64,000 nt of DNA, taken from positions 13,518,001 through 13,582,000 of the forward strand of contig NC_087437.1 in the NCBI RefSeq assembly GCF_036321535.1, read 5' to 3'. The position numbers and the translations under genes were made by a program. Positions 13,433 to 26,542 of the stretch are shown one piece after another. The notes under the pieces are model-generated. The model was not told the origin of the DNA. It did no database searches and saw nothing but the letters and a program-made list of their open reading frames with translations. Numbering within the stretch: the first letter of the stretch is position 1; each line of letters starts with the position of its first letter. Origin of the DNA: Camelus dromedarius. Its lineage: Eukaryota.

Positions 13433-13902
13433 TGTGTAATTTAGGCAAAATTCTGTTTTCTTTGAGTGATTTCCCTCAAAAATATCCATGTCTTAATCTC
13501 CAAACCCCTTTTATCTTACAGAGTAAAAGGGACTTTGTAGATGTGATTAAGGATTTTGAGATAGGGAGATTATCCTAGATTACCCGAGTGGGCCTGATAT
13601 AAGGGTCCTCGTAGAGGGGAAGCAGAAAATCAGAGTAGTAAGAGATAAAGGTTGGCGTGATATTAAAAAAGGGGGGTTGATCCAGGAGAGGCAAGCAGCC
13701 TCTAGAAGCTGAAAAGAATGAAGAAACAGTCTTCCCTCAAAGCCTCCAGCAGGATCCAAACCAGTCAACTCCTTAATTTTAGTCCCATTAAGTCTCATAG
13801 CAGACTTTGCACCTCCAGAATTATAATATATTATATTTGTGCTATTTTAAGACACTAAGTTTGTAATAATTTTTTTTGTAACAACCAGAAGAAATGAATA
13901 CA
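13433..13902 (+). mobile_element. MaLR 5' LTR (MLT1D-like)
   Basis: AAAAGGGACTTTGTAGATGTGATTAAGGATTTTGAGATAGGGAGATTATCCTAGATTA and GCAGCCTCTAGAAGCTG; ends GAAATGAATACA. Confidence 0.85.
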
Positions 13903-15415
13903 GATTTTGGTATCTGGAAACGAGGTGCTTCTGTGGAAAATATCTAAAAATGTAAATGTGGCTTCAGAATTGGGTAATGGTTAGAGGGTGGAAAACTTTT
14001 CAGCTGCATGAGAGAAAAAGCACAGATTCCCTTGAGCAGGCAATTGGTACAAACATGGATATTAAAGGTACTGCTAGTGAAAACTCAAAAGGAAGTAAGC
14101 AGCATGATAGAGAACACCTGTATCATTTCAGAGAATATTTATATGATCATTAAAGACTGTTAATCAAAATATGGACATTAAGGGGACTGCTATTCAGAAA
14201 GAATTAGTAACATGTTTTTGAAAACTAAAGGAAAGGGCATCCTAGTCACATAGTGACAGAAAGTGCAGCTGAACTGTGTGATCCAGTTGAGAGAAAAGCA
14301 AAACTGATAAAAAGCAAAACTTGGATATTTAGGTGAGGAGATTTCTAAGTAAAATGTTGAAGATGTATCCTGGTGTCTCTTTGGTGCCTATACCACAGTG
14401 TGATAGGAAAGAGATAAATAGAGAAAGAACCCTTAAGCAAATAGGAACCAGAACTCGATGATTTAGGAAATGTTTAGCCTATCCAGATTGCAAGAGATAC
14501 GAAAAGCAGGAGATTCACTATCAGGGAGTTATGCTCTGGAGAGATATCCGAGAATGCTGTTCAACAGCTTTTTGCTAGATCTCTGTAAGAGACAAAAATC
14601 ACAATATTTAGTCACACAGAAGGCTCTTTGAAGTGACTAGGCGTGTCAGTCCTGGTCCCCTTCAGCCATCTCTGCAGAAGCCAAAGATAGAGACAGATTA
14701 TCTAGAAACGATATCTTGTCTAGCAAAATGAATTCTTGAGATAAACAGGAAACCCACCAATTTTTTGAGGATGTTTTATCAGCAGCAATACCATCAGCTT
14801 GGACTAAAAGGGACTGATGGAGAATGAATTTAGAGGAAGTTGTTGGACTCCCAAAATTTTATAGGCAGGAAGCAAGTTAATAGAACTACTCAGCTTCAGA
14901 CTCACAGTGTCCTTCATGAAAAAGGTAAGCTGGTTCTGGGCAGAACTATTGGTCTAGAGGACAGAACCTTGGGCCCAGAGAGTGGATCCATGGGCCGTGG
15001 AGGAATTAACTAGTTCTGGGCCTTAAAACACAATGCAGTTTACCCAGTTGAATTTCAGAATTACCTGAAATCTCCTTTTCTCCTTTCCTTTTCTCCTCTG
15101 GAGGATGGGAACTCATATAATTATTACCCCATGCCTGTCTCATCATTTTATTTTTGGAGCAGATAACTTAAGGCTTGAGTGTCGTTCACAGATGGAGAGA
15201 AATTTTGTGCCAGGATGAAATATATCTAGAGTTTCATTCCTACCTAATTTAGATGATTTAATGATGAGATTTGGGACTTTTGAACTAATGAGACTTAGAT
15301 GAGATTTCAGACTTGAGTTGACACTCTGATGGTTGAACCTGGGGACAGGAACTTGGAATTTGGAAACTTGAGTATGGGATGAATTTATTTTGTGTGTGTA
15401 AAACACAAATCATTG
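13903..15415 (+). mobile_element. MaLR internal region (MLT1-int)
   Basis: Begins GATTTTGGTATCTGGAA immediately after the LTR, then AAAATGTAAATGTGGCTTCAGAATTGGGTAATGG. Ends with GATGAGATTTGGGACTTTTGA..GGGATGAATTTATTTTG. No 3' LTR seen. Confidence 0.8.
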
Positions 15416-16103
15416 CTACAGATGTAAAAGAAATTCAATACGTTGAGTTACAGAAACATTTCCAAAAAGACCCTGTATTTTCCTATTGGTTTGCTTTTTG
15501 TTACTTAAGTGAATGTGAATAATTCGGGAAGAACTTCTCTTCTCCTTAATTATTCTTTTAATTTAATTGACTCTGGACTAAAGTATTCAGAGAATTATTT
15601 TCTTTACTCTGTAAAACTGTGTGTGTGTGTGTGTTTGTATATGTGTGGTGTCTGTAGGTCAGAGAAGTCAGTAGTTTATCCTAACATTCTGATTGGGTGT
15701 TGCAGTGTCAGGAAATCCACACAATGGATATGTTACTTTCAGTTAAGATACAGTCCCTGGCAAACCGTTGCCAAGATTTTTATGAGACACGACCACACTC
15801 TTTGTTTAAATAATCACTCAGCCATATTTCTCCTTAGGTTACTACTTTCTAGTCACACATACTGAATGATAGCTTCAATTATTTTTGTTTGACTAATTAT
15901 CATAAATTCTCATACCTAAACCATGTCTCAACACAAAGGAAGCTTTCAGGAAATGTCAATGTTGTTGATTTTTTGCTGAGAAAATCTCTTGGTAACTAAG
16001 AGAAAAGCCATATTGTTTCTTCAGGCCTGAAATACTACTGATTTAAGCTGACAAAGTATTAAATTTTGTTGTTTTGATACATTTATAAAAATACATGTAT
16101 CCA

Positions 16104-16586
16104 AAAAAAGACAACATAACACCATTTGCAGCAACACGGATGGACCTGGAGAATGTCATTCTAAGTGAAGTACGCCAGAAAGAGAAAGAAAAATACCATA
16201 TGAGATCGCTCATATGTGGAATCCAAAAGAAAAAAGAACATAAATACAAAACAGAAACAGACTCATAAACATTGAACACAAACTTGTGGTTGCCAAGTGG
16301 GGAGGGATGGGAAGGGATAGACTGGGAGTTCAAAATTTGTAGATACTGACAGGCATATGTAGAACAGATAAACGAGATTGCACTGTGTAGCACAGGGAAA
16401 TATATACAAGATCTTGTGGTAAGTCACAGCGAAAAAGAATGCGACAATGAATATATGTATGTTCATGTGTAACTGAAAAATTGTGCTCTACACTGGAATT
16501 TGACACTACATTGTAAAATGACTATAACTCAATAAAAAAATGTTAAAAAAAAAAAAAAAGCTTTTGGACAACTAAAAAAAAAAAAA
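16104..16586 (+). mobile_element. 5'-truncated younger L1 (ORF2 end plus 3' UTR) with double A tail
   Basis: Collinear with about 30830-31303. A15 at 16545-16559, a 14 nt spacer, then A13 at 16574-16586. Candidate TSD TATCCAAAAAA at 16098-16108 and 16591-16601. Confidence 0.9.
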
Positions 16587-17329
16587 CCTCTATCCAAAAA
16601 ATGTACACTGCAAATTCCCCACTCTATTTCAAAGTACTAGTCACTGTTCTATTGTAAAGTGTTGGAGGACACATATGTTAAATATTTAGGGCCCTTCTGA
16701 GAGCTATGAAAATGACAATGACCATCTAACATTCAAATCCAAGATACTAGGCCTAGACTCATTTCCTAAACTTGCAAAGAATTTAATGAAACTTTCCTGA
16801 TTGTTGCTACAATCAATTCAATGACAGAAAAAAAAAAAGTCAATTGATTTGTGTCTACTAGCTAAAACAACAAATTAGCATTTCCCTTTACTTCTCACTC
16901 AGGACTCATGGCGTGACTGTAGAGACAATGTACCTCTGGTCAACCAAGGAAAAGGACTCTGCTTTCATATGTTCACAGGCCTCAGAATCCCACACCCGTT
17001 TCTGAATGGCTGGCCGGTGAATCAGGAGCCCGCATGGGATAATTCTAGAGAAAAGGAAGAAGGAGGACATGTTCCTCAGCCACTGTTTCCTATTAGTTTA
17101 TGTGGAAACAGAAAAGCGCTCAAAGTTTATTTTATTATTTTGTTCTTAAAAGCGATTCAGCTTGGTAAGAAAGCAGACCACCATAAAAAAAGGAATTTAA
17201 TATTCTACTATATGAATAGAATGATGATCTTGCAAGGAAGAGAAGATAAAAGATTACGATGCCTCTGTTAGAGCTTTTTGCTTTTCTGTCCTGTACCCCA
17301 GACTCCTTCTTAAGGAAAATGGTGAAAGG

Positions 17330-17740
17330 CTTCTCCTCATCCATCTCGCTCATCTTTGCTGTCCATCCTGTGCTGCTTAAATGCCAGCTAGACACAGACC
17401 ACCCCAAAATATAATCTCTAGCCCGAATCACTGTATGAACTCTGTTTATGGGACCCCAATTGCTTACGGACAAGATCCACCTGAAGGCAGCCTAGACTTC
17501 TCAGATGTAGCAAACCCAAAACAGAAATTGTCTCTTTCTCTCCCAGCCTATCCTCCTTTGGCGTTTGCCATCTCAGGGAACCTCACTATGATCCACACAG
17601 CCACCAAAATCAGAAACTCAGACATCACGGTGAACGCCTTTCTCCTTCATCCCTCACACCTAGTCCATCTCTGAGGTGTATTCATTCCACATGAGCAGGA
17701 CATCCATACTTTCTTCCCCATTCCCTGTGCCACTGCTACT
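17330..17740 (+). mobile_element. L2 fragment
   Basis: Pyrimidine-rich L2 motifs: CCCAAAATATAATCTCTAGCCC, CCAAAACAGAAAT, CCATCTCAG..ATCCACACAG..AAATCAGAAACTCAGACATCA. Confidence 0.6.
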
Positions 17741-18269
17741 TGCAAAACTGCTTTAAAATTTTAAAAATTAATCTAATTTTAATTAAAGACTTTCTCATTT
17801 CTAAATTAGAATTTGGGGAAATATAAATAAAATTCTAATACAGTCTTATTACAAAGAAAAACAAACAAAACATAGATGCATACATAATAAAGCATCTCAC
17901 ATTTCCCCACCTCACTTTTCCTCCCCAGAAGTAACAATTATTAACATATTGATTGTGTCCCCCCAGATATTTTTCTACACATTCATATGCACTTATACAT
18001 ATAATCATAGCTATTCAAACATAAAGGGAATTATAGTGTCTTGATTTATAATATTGTGTTAACCATGTCTTGGAGATCATTTCATGTTAGTACATATAAT
18101 TACATTGAACATTTATTTAGTAATTATTATGTGCTAAAACTATTATAAGTGTTTCATACGTATTGTCTCACCTAATTATTACACTATATCTGTGTAGTTA
18201 GTACTATAAATTGTATCTCTATTTCACACATCAGAAAATAGAGGCATATAGAAGTTAACTAACTACAGA

Positions 18270-20290
18270 TAAAATAGACTTGAAATGATTTAGTGAGGTT
18301 GCAGAATATAAAGTCAATTTAGATTTCTATATACCAGCAACAAACAAACTGAAAATATTTAAATACACAAAATAAATAGCATAAAAATCAAGTAACAAAA
18401 AATAGAATATGTTGTAAACTAAAATCTATAAAACATAATTGTATGAACTTCAAAAATAGCTAAATAAACAGAGAGAGATTGTATTCCTGAAAGACTCTGT
18501 TTTGTAAAAAAATTAAGTTTCTTCACAAATTGGTCTACAGAATCCATATAATTCCAAATGAAATCCCACAGCACCGTATGTGTGTGTAAATTGACAAGAG
18601 GATTCTAAACTTTATATGCATATGGAAAGGGCCAAGAATAGTCAAAACAATACTGAAGAATGTCAACCCTGAAGAACACTGACAGTCAAGTATCACATGT
18701 ATTTTTAAGGACTAGGAATTAAGAAGGTAGGGACAACAAAACATATGTCACAGAATAGGAACTCAGTAACAGACCCATCCTTATACAAACGCTTGATTTA
18801 CAAATAGGGCACCACTGCAGAGAAAATGAGAACTAGGTGGTCTTTTCAATAAATGACACTACAACAACTCAATAACCCATAAGAAAATGAAGTCCTGACA
18901 ATATCTTATAAAACACACTCACACAAATTCCAAATGAATTACGTATATCAAAATAAGAAACTTAAAATAATAATTTTTTAGAAGAAAGCACAGAAGGATA
19001 TCTTTGAAACCTTGTGTTAGGCAAAGATATTTTAAGCGAGTCTCAAGAATAGCAAAAGCCATAAAGAAAAAAATGGATAAATTGGTCTAAATTAAAATGA
19101 AGAAGATATTCTGTTCCTCAAAAGGGCAGTGAAAGGACAAAGTGGAGAGTGGGCAAAGAGATTTGCCCTGTACATGTGGGATGAAAGATCTGTGTCTAGG
19201 ATATATTTTTAAGAATTTAATGAGAAAAAAGCAAATAGACTAAAAGAAACCAATCACAAGAGACAACCAAATGACCAATAAATACAAACTCATAAGTGAA
19301 TGAAAACACAACGAAATACTACGACACGCCACCAGAATGGCTGTAATGAAAAGACTGAGAATCCCAAATGTTGGCGGGGATGTAGTACAACTGTGCTGAT
19401 GAGAGTGCAAATAGGGATACCAGCTTAGAAAAATGTTTGAACGAACGTGCTCACACCCTGCGACACAGTGATTCCTTCCAAAAGGCCTGTGTAAGAATGA
19501 TCTGGAGCAGTTTATAAAGAATAGAAATTATGGGTTCATAAAAGTCTGGTGGAGCTTATCCCTAAATTATCTATTTAGAGATAGTCAACTCCACTTTAAT
19601 TTTCTTCCATTTAAGAAATGGCCCACTATGTAAGTTTATAAGCTAAAGATCTAATCTGTTCTTAGAAATCCAGCCTCAATGCATGCACTCTTGACTCCTT
19701 ATGATTGAATGATTAGCCCATACAGATATCTATTTTTAGAAGTTCCTGTGATAATACATGGGTTACTGAAATATAATAAATACACTATATTATATGAATA
19801 AATACTGTTTTCAAAAAAAACTCAAAATAAAATAAATAGCCCAAACTGGAAACTACTCAAATATCCATCAGAAGCAGCATACATACATATATTTGTGTAG
19901 TATTTACACAATGGAATAAAAACTAAGACTACACAGAATTAACAACACACTAATAAAGACTAACAATAACTACGTGCTATAATGTGAATAAATCCCTCTT
20001 AAGAGGAAAAGCCAGACACAAGAGCACACCTGTGTGATTCAGTTTACATAAATGTCAAAAACAATTCTAGTCTATGATTGTATGAGAAAGAATAGTGGTT
20101 GCAATGATGTAGTTTTCTTCAGGGAGAATGAAGGAAACTTCTGAACACTATTTCATTACTTTTTGTGAGAACTGCTTGTATTTCTATTTATTTTTGTGAA
20201 AAGGAATCTACCTTACAAGTGCTTTGTGCACGTTATATATATATGTGTGTGATATTCTGATAAAATTAAATTTAAAAATAATAAAAGAAT
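18270..20290 (+). mobile_element. Ancient L1M ORF2 remnant and 3' end
   Basis: TTTAGTGAGGTTGCAGAATATAAAGTCAAT, GATTCTAAACTTTATATG..AAAGGGCCAAGAATAGTCAAAACAATACTGAAGAA, CACCAGAATGGCT, AATAGCCCAAACTGGAAAC. Interrupted at 19525-19830. Confidence 0.85.
19525..19830 (+). pseudogene. Candidate processed (retrocopied) mRNA 3' end or orphan transduction
   Basis: Unrecognised 290 bp sequence splitting a continuous old-L1 motif. AATAAA at 19775-19780 and 19797-19802, A-rich tail from 19813, degenerate TSD AAAGAATAG/AATAAATAG. Confidence 0.55.
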
Positions 20291-23200
20291 GAAATTAATG
20301 TTAAGATAATAACAATTTTAAACTTATAAGAAATGGATGAGATCCAAAAAAATATAACTTTTCAGAATTGACTCAAGGAAAAAAAATAATACCTCTAAAC
20401 TGTTCAAGGAAATGAGACTTTTTATGCATTCTTTTCTCATTTGTGTTGTCAGAGTTATCCTTGTAGGGTGATTTGGGAAGATTTCCATATTTAGCATAAT
20501 TTCTGTGCTCTGCAGAAATTTCTGTTTTATAGAAATTACGTGTTCTTGAAAATCTGGAGACGCACAAGATATAATTTTGACTTCATATGGATTTAGGGGG
20601 AAATATTTGACTATCTTTACTTTTCTTGGGTTCAAATATGCTAGCTCTTACCTATTAAGTTTTTTTTTACTTCTTTTTGAGTTAATTTTGAAGACTTGAA
20701 TTCCCCTGAAGACTTGTCTGCGTTCATGTTGACATTTATTTAGCTGCATCATCAATTGTTAGGTAGCTAGTTGGTCTACCCTGGGAGGTAGGGGTAGAGC
20801 TCCTTCTATGAAAGCAACCTTGATTGCTTGAGCTGCACCACACTGGAGAAGCACCTGAAAGGGTGGATTTGTACACTTTTCAGGGGTGTGTGGTGGGGAC
20901 GATCAAGTGGCAGAAGAGCAATCCTTTGACAGGATGAAGACGGAGCCAAAAAGACAGAAGAAAACAAGAAGGTGTATCATTTGATACTTTCACAACGTCC
21001 TTCAATGTTTCATTAAAGTTTTTAAAGTCAGATAACCCTGTGTATGATTCAATTTCTCTTGGGAACTGACAATGGGGACTTACACCAGTCTGTTTGTTAT
21101 CATGGGTCTTGAACAGGAAGTGTGCACTGATACATGGATGCCAAGTCAGAAAAAATGAGAAAAGAAGTATTAAAATTATTGGAAGAATGCTGAAATGAAA
21201 TTACAGTTTAGATGAATCAGGTGTCCTGTGTTTAGGAGGTCAGAGCAGATGTTCCGACTACATTTGTCTGCCCAGTTCTTACCACATTGGTTGGCACAAT
21301 GCAGGCACTCAATATATGTGTGTTAAATTGAAACAGTGACTTGGAAACTGAGTATAAGAGAGCATTACATCCTCTCGTACAGTGATTAGTAGATTCTGGA
21401 AAATATCCAAGATGACAGAAAAAACAAATGAACTATTAGTTTATAACCCCCAAAAGTTGTGAGATTCCTTCTGTGAGCATGACACAGGCTTCCAACAGGC
21501 TGATGGAAAGACCCAAGATCTCGGCAACATACCTTCACCATCACATCAAACTCCAAGAAAGAGAAAAGAACCCAGGAGAGGGGATAATAAAGTAGAAAGG
21601 CTTACATTTAAGGATTAAGGCTTCTTCCACAGAGCAGCTGGGTGTAGAAGGGATTCTGCTTGCACTCTCTCTCTCTCTCTACCAGAAATATCCCCAGGGT
21701 TCCTTCTGCCCTCTGTTGTAGTCAGCTCAAATTTTCATGAGTCCATTCATTTTTCTAGCTAAATTCAAACATTGTAGAATGTAATTAACCATTAAGTCAG
21801 GCATAAAGACGTCATAAAACGTGTATTTGTAGTTCATTCTTGGGTTATTCCGGAGACAACCTGACAGAAATGATTCTCTAAACTCTTGGGCTTTTTTCCT
21901 TTCAGCAGCATGGCAGGTTTAATCATGTGAGTTTTAGGGTCCACGTGTGCCCTCCTTTGTTTCAGCCTCCACTTCGGATGTTAAAAGTAAATGATTCTCT
22001 GCTCTCCTCCAAAAGAATGATGAGCTAACCTGTCTGATTTTGAAGTTGAAATCAATAATTGGATTTGTATTCTCCCCTCAAATATTTCAAGTTCTGTCTA
22101 GAAGGCCTCACTTGGCATGTACTGCATTAGTGTGTAGCCTAAGAGCTTATTTCTATAAGAAAAACCTTCTCCAGCTTGCCCTTACTGCCACCTAGAGATG
22201 GAATAGGAAGGGAGTAGCTTATAGGTGTGGGTCAGAAGGGACCCTGAAGCAGGGCTCTCAATGACGTGTGGTGGATCAGCTGCTCTGCTGGGTCAGGAGT
22301 CATGGCGGCTGTTTCCTGGCCCCCACTCTCAGGAACTTCTCCTGGGGTCACACATTTAGAACCACTGTTGGAAGGGACTTGGGGTTACATTTAGTGCAAG
22401 AAATATATAGATAAACCCCCCCCACCCCGAGGGTATCCAAGCGTTGGTATACAGCAGTGAATGCTAGTTCTGAAGTTTTACTAATTACATTAAAACACAA
22501 AATGATGACATCTCAATCCTTGGTCTATCCAGATGGTCACATATGAAGCAATCAATACAGTACTGCCTCTGTCAATCACACTAGCATCTAAACACAGATC
22601 ATGAACATACAGAATGATTACTGAAAAGTGAGTTACGGTACTGATATTAGGACCTACAAAAATTACACAAAATTACTGATTTAAAAAAGAAATAAACATG
22701 AAGGAAAATATAAAATAATCAATCTAGATCAGTGTTTCTTACTGTTGTCTATCAAGCTTTGAGCACATGCCGAGTACACGGTGCATATTCGAGAAGGAGG
22801 GTATTTTGAGAAGGATAGAGAGAGAAATATATAGATTAGCTCTAAAATGAAATAAAGCATGACTTACCTTTAATAAATACCAATAAATGTAGATTATTTT
22901 TCTTAAATAAAATATAAAAGGAAATGTGAAGTGGAAAAGAAAAAGGATACTATAAAAGGGACCAATAGACATGACGGTCCCATATGTGAATGAAGTTATA
23001 AAGAAAAGGATTAAACAAGAAGATGATGGCTTTTCATACAAGGATAGTGGAAGAGCATCAGTGAAAAATCATAGCAGGTCGAGGACCAATAAATAGATTA
23101 GTACCTACAGTGGCAGTAATTTTAAGTAAGCGCCAGGCTAGCCTAACCCAATGTCTATATTCCAGTAAATGATTCATTACTGAAAGCAGAATAATTTTCT

Positions 23201-24214
23201 ACTAATTTGTCAATCATTGGACTACAGTGGCCAGTGGATAGATGTTAGCTTAAAAAAAAAAATCAAAGTACCGTGCAGCTAGCAAATCACTGTCAGCAAA
23301 TCCCACTGCACATGTCTAAAATGATACCAACATAAAGTTTAAAAAAAAAAATGCTTCAAACTGCATTTTAAAAGTGTTAGGAACTTGCACTTCCAGAAAG
23401 GATAAGGAAAATCACAAATCACCATTGTTTTCATCCTAACAAAAGCAAAAAGATATGCGATAAAATCATAGGTTTTGGAAAATATGTCAGAGACCTGATG
23501 ATGCAAAGAAACCGAAATCAATGAATTTCCAGAACATGAGAATTCTTAGGACTGGATCATTTTTATGACTAGCAAAGCAGTGAAAAGGGGCAGAATATAC
23601 CCTAAAGAAGGACAAAGAGAAACAATTAAAAAAGCAATGAACTTCTAAAGTTGTATGTTACAGAACATGATAAAATGGAATCCTAAACTGCCCAACGACA
23701 GAGCAGTCTGCACTCCTCACCTACCAAATCCTCCCCTGGAGCCTTCACTAAGTGCGTGCGGCAGTAGGCTGAAGGCTGGGGAAAGTCAGGAAAGCCAGAT
23801 AAATCCCTGCAGGAAACTTCAGGCCTCATCACATGTGCTGTATTCAGCCTTCCAAAGTTGGAGACAGGACAGGAGAATAAATCTTTCTAAGAACAGAAAG
23901 GCAGTGGTAAGAATGGAGAACAAAGAAAATTCTTTAGCAACCCAGAGAGAAGATGACAAGGAACTAAGCTGTAATCCAGAGTGAGAGTACGGCAGCAGGG
24001 CTATAAAAAGAGATTCCTAAAATCTCAGAGATGCTCAGATCCTAAGCCCTGCTGAAGAGAAAGTACATATCCTATTATTAAAACATTCTAAGCCAATGGT
24101 AAGCTGAATCTAACAAAAGTTACAAAAATTTCAGCCCTACCTCCATTACAGAGTAGATTAGCCAAGCTCCCCCAACCAGCCCTATAGTAGAAGGTGTAAG
24201 CCCTTTTTGGACGA

Positions 24215-24216
<2 letters not shown>

Positions 24217-24258
<42 letters not shown>
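24217..24258. repeat. (AC)21 microsatellite
   Basis: Counted directly; uninterrupted and followed by a short (AT)n. Confidence 0.97.
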
Positions 24259-24267
<9 letters not shown>

Positions 24268-24309
24268 AAATATATAATTTATTTTTCTGTACACTCAGAG
24301 TTCAGGTTT

Positions 24310-24425
24310 GTATTAGACAAAGGAGACTTCAAGACAAAGGGTATTATTAGAGATAAAGAAGGATATTTTATGATAAAAGATCAGTTCATTAAAAAACATA
24401 ACTTTTTATGTCTATGCACTTAATA
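24310..24425 (+). mobile_element. Ancient L1 ORF2 endonuclease fragment
   Basis: GACAAAGGAGACTTCAAGACAAAGGGTATTATTAGAGATAAAGAAGGATATTTT translates as [18 protein letters not shown], followed by a VYA motif. Upstream 23380-24200 may be the 5' region of the same old L1. Confidence 0.75.
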
Positions 24426-24700
24426 CAAGTCCAAGATCAAGGTGCCAGCTGTTTTGATTTCTGGTGAGAGTTCTTGTCCTGGCTTGCAGATGGCCACCTT
24501 CTCACTGTGTCCTCACAGGTAGAGAGAGGGAGAGTGGGCTCTCTGCTACCTCCTCCATAAGGGCATGAATCCTGTTGGTTTAGCCCGAATAACCTTATTT
24601 AACCCTAATTACTTCCATAAAGGTCCAAGTACAGTCATCTGAGGACTTCAACACATGAAGGTGGGGGGAGGGGTAAGACAGAAACATTCAGTTCATAGCA
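24426..24700 (-). mobile_element. Partial MaLR LTR (MLT1A/B-like)
   Basis: AAGTCCAAGATCAAGGTGCCAGC, GGCTTGCAGATGGCCACCTTCTCACTGTGTCCTCACA; ends ACATTCAGTTCATAGCA. Confidence 0.8.
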
Positions 24701-26542
24701 AGTAATAATAAATATTTTATTTATTTATATATATAAATATTTATTTATATAAAACATGAGTTTATTAGAGAGCTGTTGATTTTGTTTATTTTATTGTGGC
24801 TTTTTTATTTATTTCAAAAATACCCTCCCATGGAATATAGAAATTAAATGAGACAAATGAAAAAAAAGTATAATTCTGCACCTTGAAAAGTATTTGGAAT
24901 GTGCAGTATTTGGAAACAAGTTGTTTACTTTTTTGAAGTAATTCTCCCAATGCAAAATAGACAACAATTAACTTAGCAAATGGAAAAGTTTATATAACAG
25001 CCTTTCAGTTATGAAGATGTGAATAATTCCAAGCATTTGTAACACTTCCAAGTATTCCATGAAATAATATTTTAACATCCTGACTCAAAATATAGTAGCA
25101 AACCAAGCCAAACACCAACTGAACCAAATTATAAATTTCATTTTGAGAAATATGGGAAAACCACATGGCCATAATGAAAAATAATGACTTAATCAGACAG
25201 TGTCTTGAGAAGATTAAGAGAAAGAATTCTACAGGAAAAATGTTTTGGAAGAAAAATTAATCTGAAGACACATACAGGCTGCTCCTTACTCCTAAAATAG
25301 ATCTCAATTTCAAGAGGAAAATAGCCTCTTTTTCTAAGATTGCATCTAAGATATTCAGGGCACACACTACAAGGCTGAAAATATGAAAAAGGAACTGGGT
25401 TCCTGACCTTGTATACGTTCCCCAGGAAATTTTTTATTTTTTGCTCATAGCCAACAAAATAAAAGCCACATGTATGCCTAAGATGTGATCAATGACAAGA
25501 AATCGATGTATGTACATATGTTGAAAACAGTATTGCTCTCAGCAAAAAATAGTATGAGTCTTATTTACGTGAGAACCATAAGAAACCAATTTTTTTTTTC
25601 TAGGTTGACTGTTTGCCTCTCAGCCTCAAAAGCAGCAAAGATTTCTAACTAATTCTTCTTCTGTGTACTTTTTGGCCCAATATGTGAGGTGCATTTCTTT
25701 TCTTCTCTAGTTTTATTTGACATTTAGAACCTGCCTATATTTATAAGAACAATTTCTAAGGTTTTTATTTTAAAATAAATTTTAATGTTGGGATCCACAG
25801 CATCTTTGACTTTAAATATCATTTTTCTGGAAATAATGATGAGATCTAGTTAAGAGAGGAGAAAATTTAACATCAGTTTCTTTAAAACATACTTTCAAAT
25901 ATTCTTGGGGAAAATCTCATGGAAAATAATTGAAATCAGTCTTTTCCATGAAACTTGAGTAGATTCATTAGGATTCCTGTGCAAAGACTATGTATTATTT
26001 TAAAAAAGACAAGTCAATTTTATATTTTCATGGTCTTTAACCATACGTGGGTCCAAGTGTCTCATCATCCATGTAGCAAATTTAAGGACGTTAATAATTC
26101 ATTATGTATAAAAGCTGTTAGCTGTGCCCTACCCAAATTCTCTAGCACACCCTACTCAGTGCATACCTGCTAGACTTCCAGCTGCATCCTACTCTACTTG
26201 AAGTCTTTCCCTAGCTCTTGGAACTCACTTTGCCGCCTACATGGCAGGTTGGAAGTGCCAGGAAGCTAATGCTCCCCTGGAGTAGCCTTCCATCAATGCA
26301 AGATTGGAATTGTTTTATGAATTTCCCAGCTCCCTCCCATCTTAGGAGGAATAACTCTGTGGTGTAGTCCTCACACTGGCATGGTCCATAGAAGGATTAA
26401 GCTCCATCTTCCCCCAGTTATGCCAAGTTATCAATGGTAACTTTATTGATATTAAACCCTTTATTGGCTGCCTTCCTCCTCTGTCTTATCTCCACTCCTC
26501 TTCTAGTGTTCTCTGAGATTGCCTCCCAAATAGGCTTTTTTA

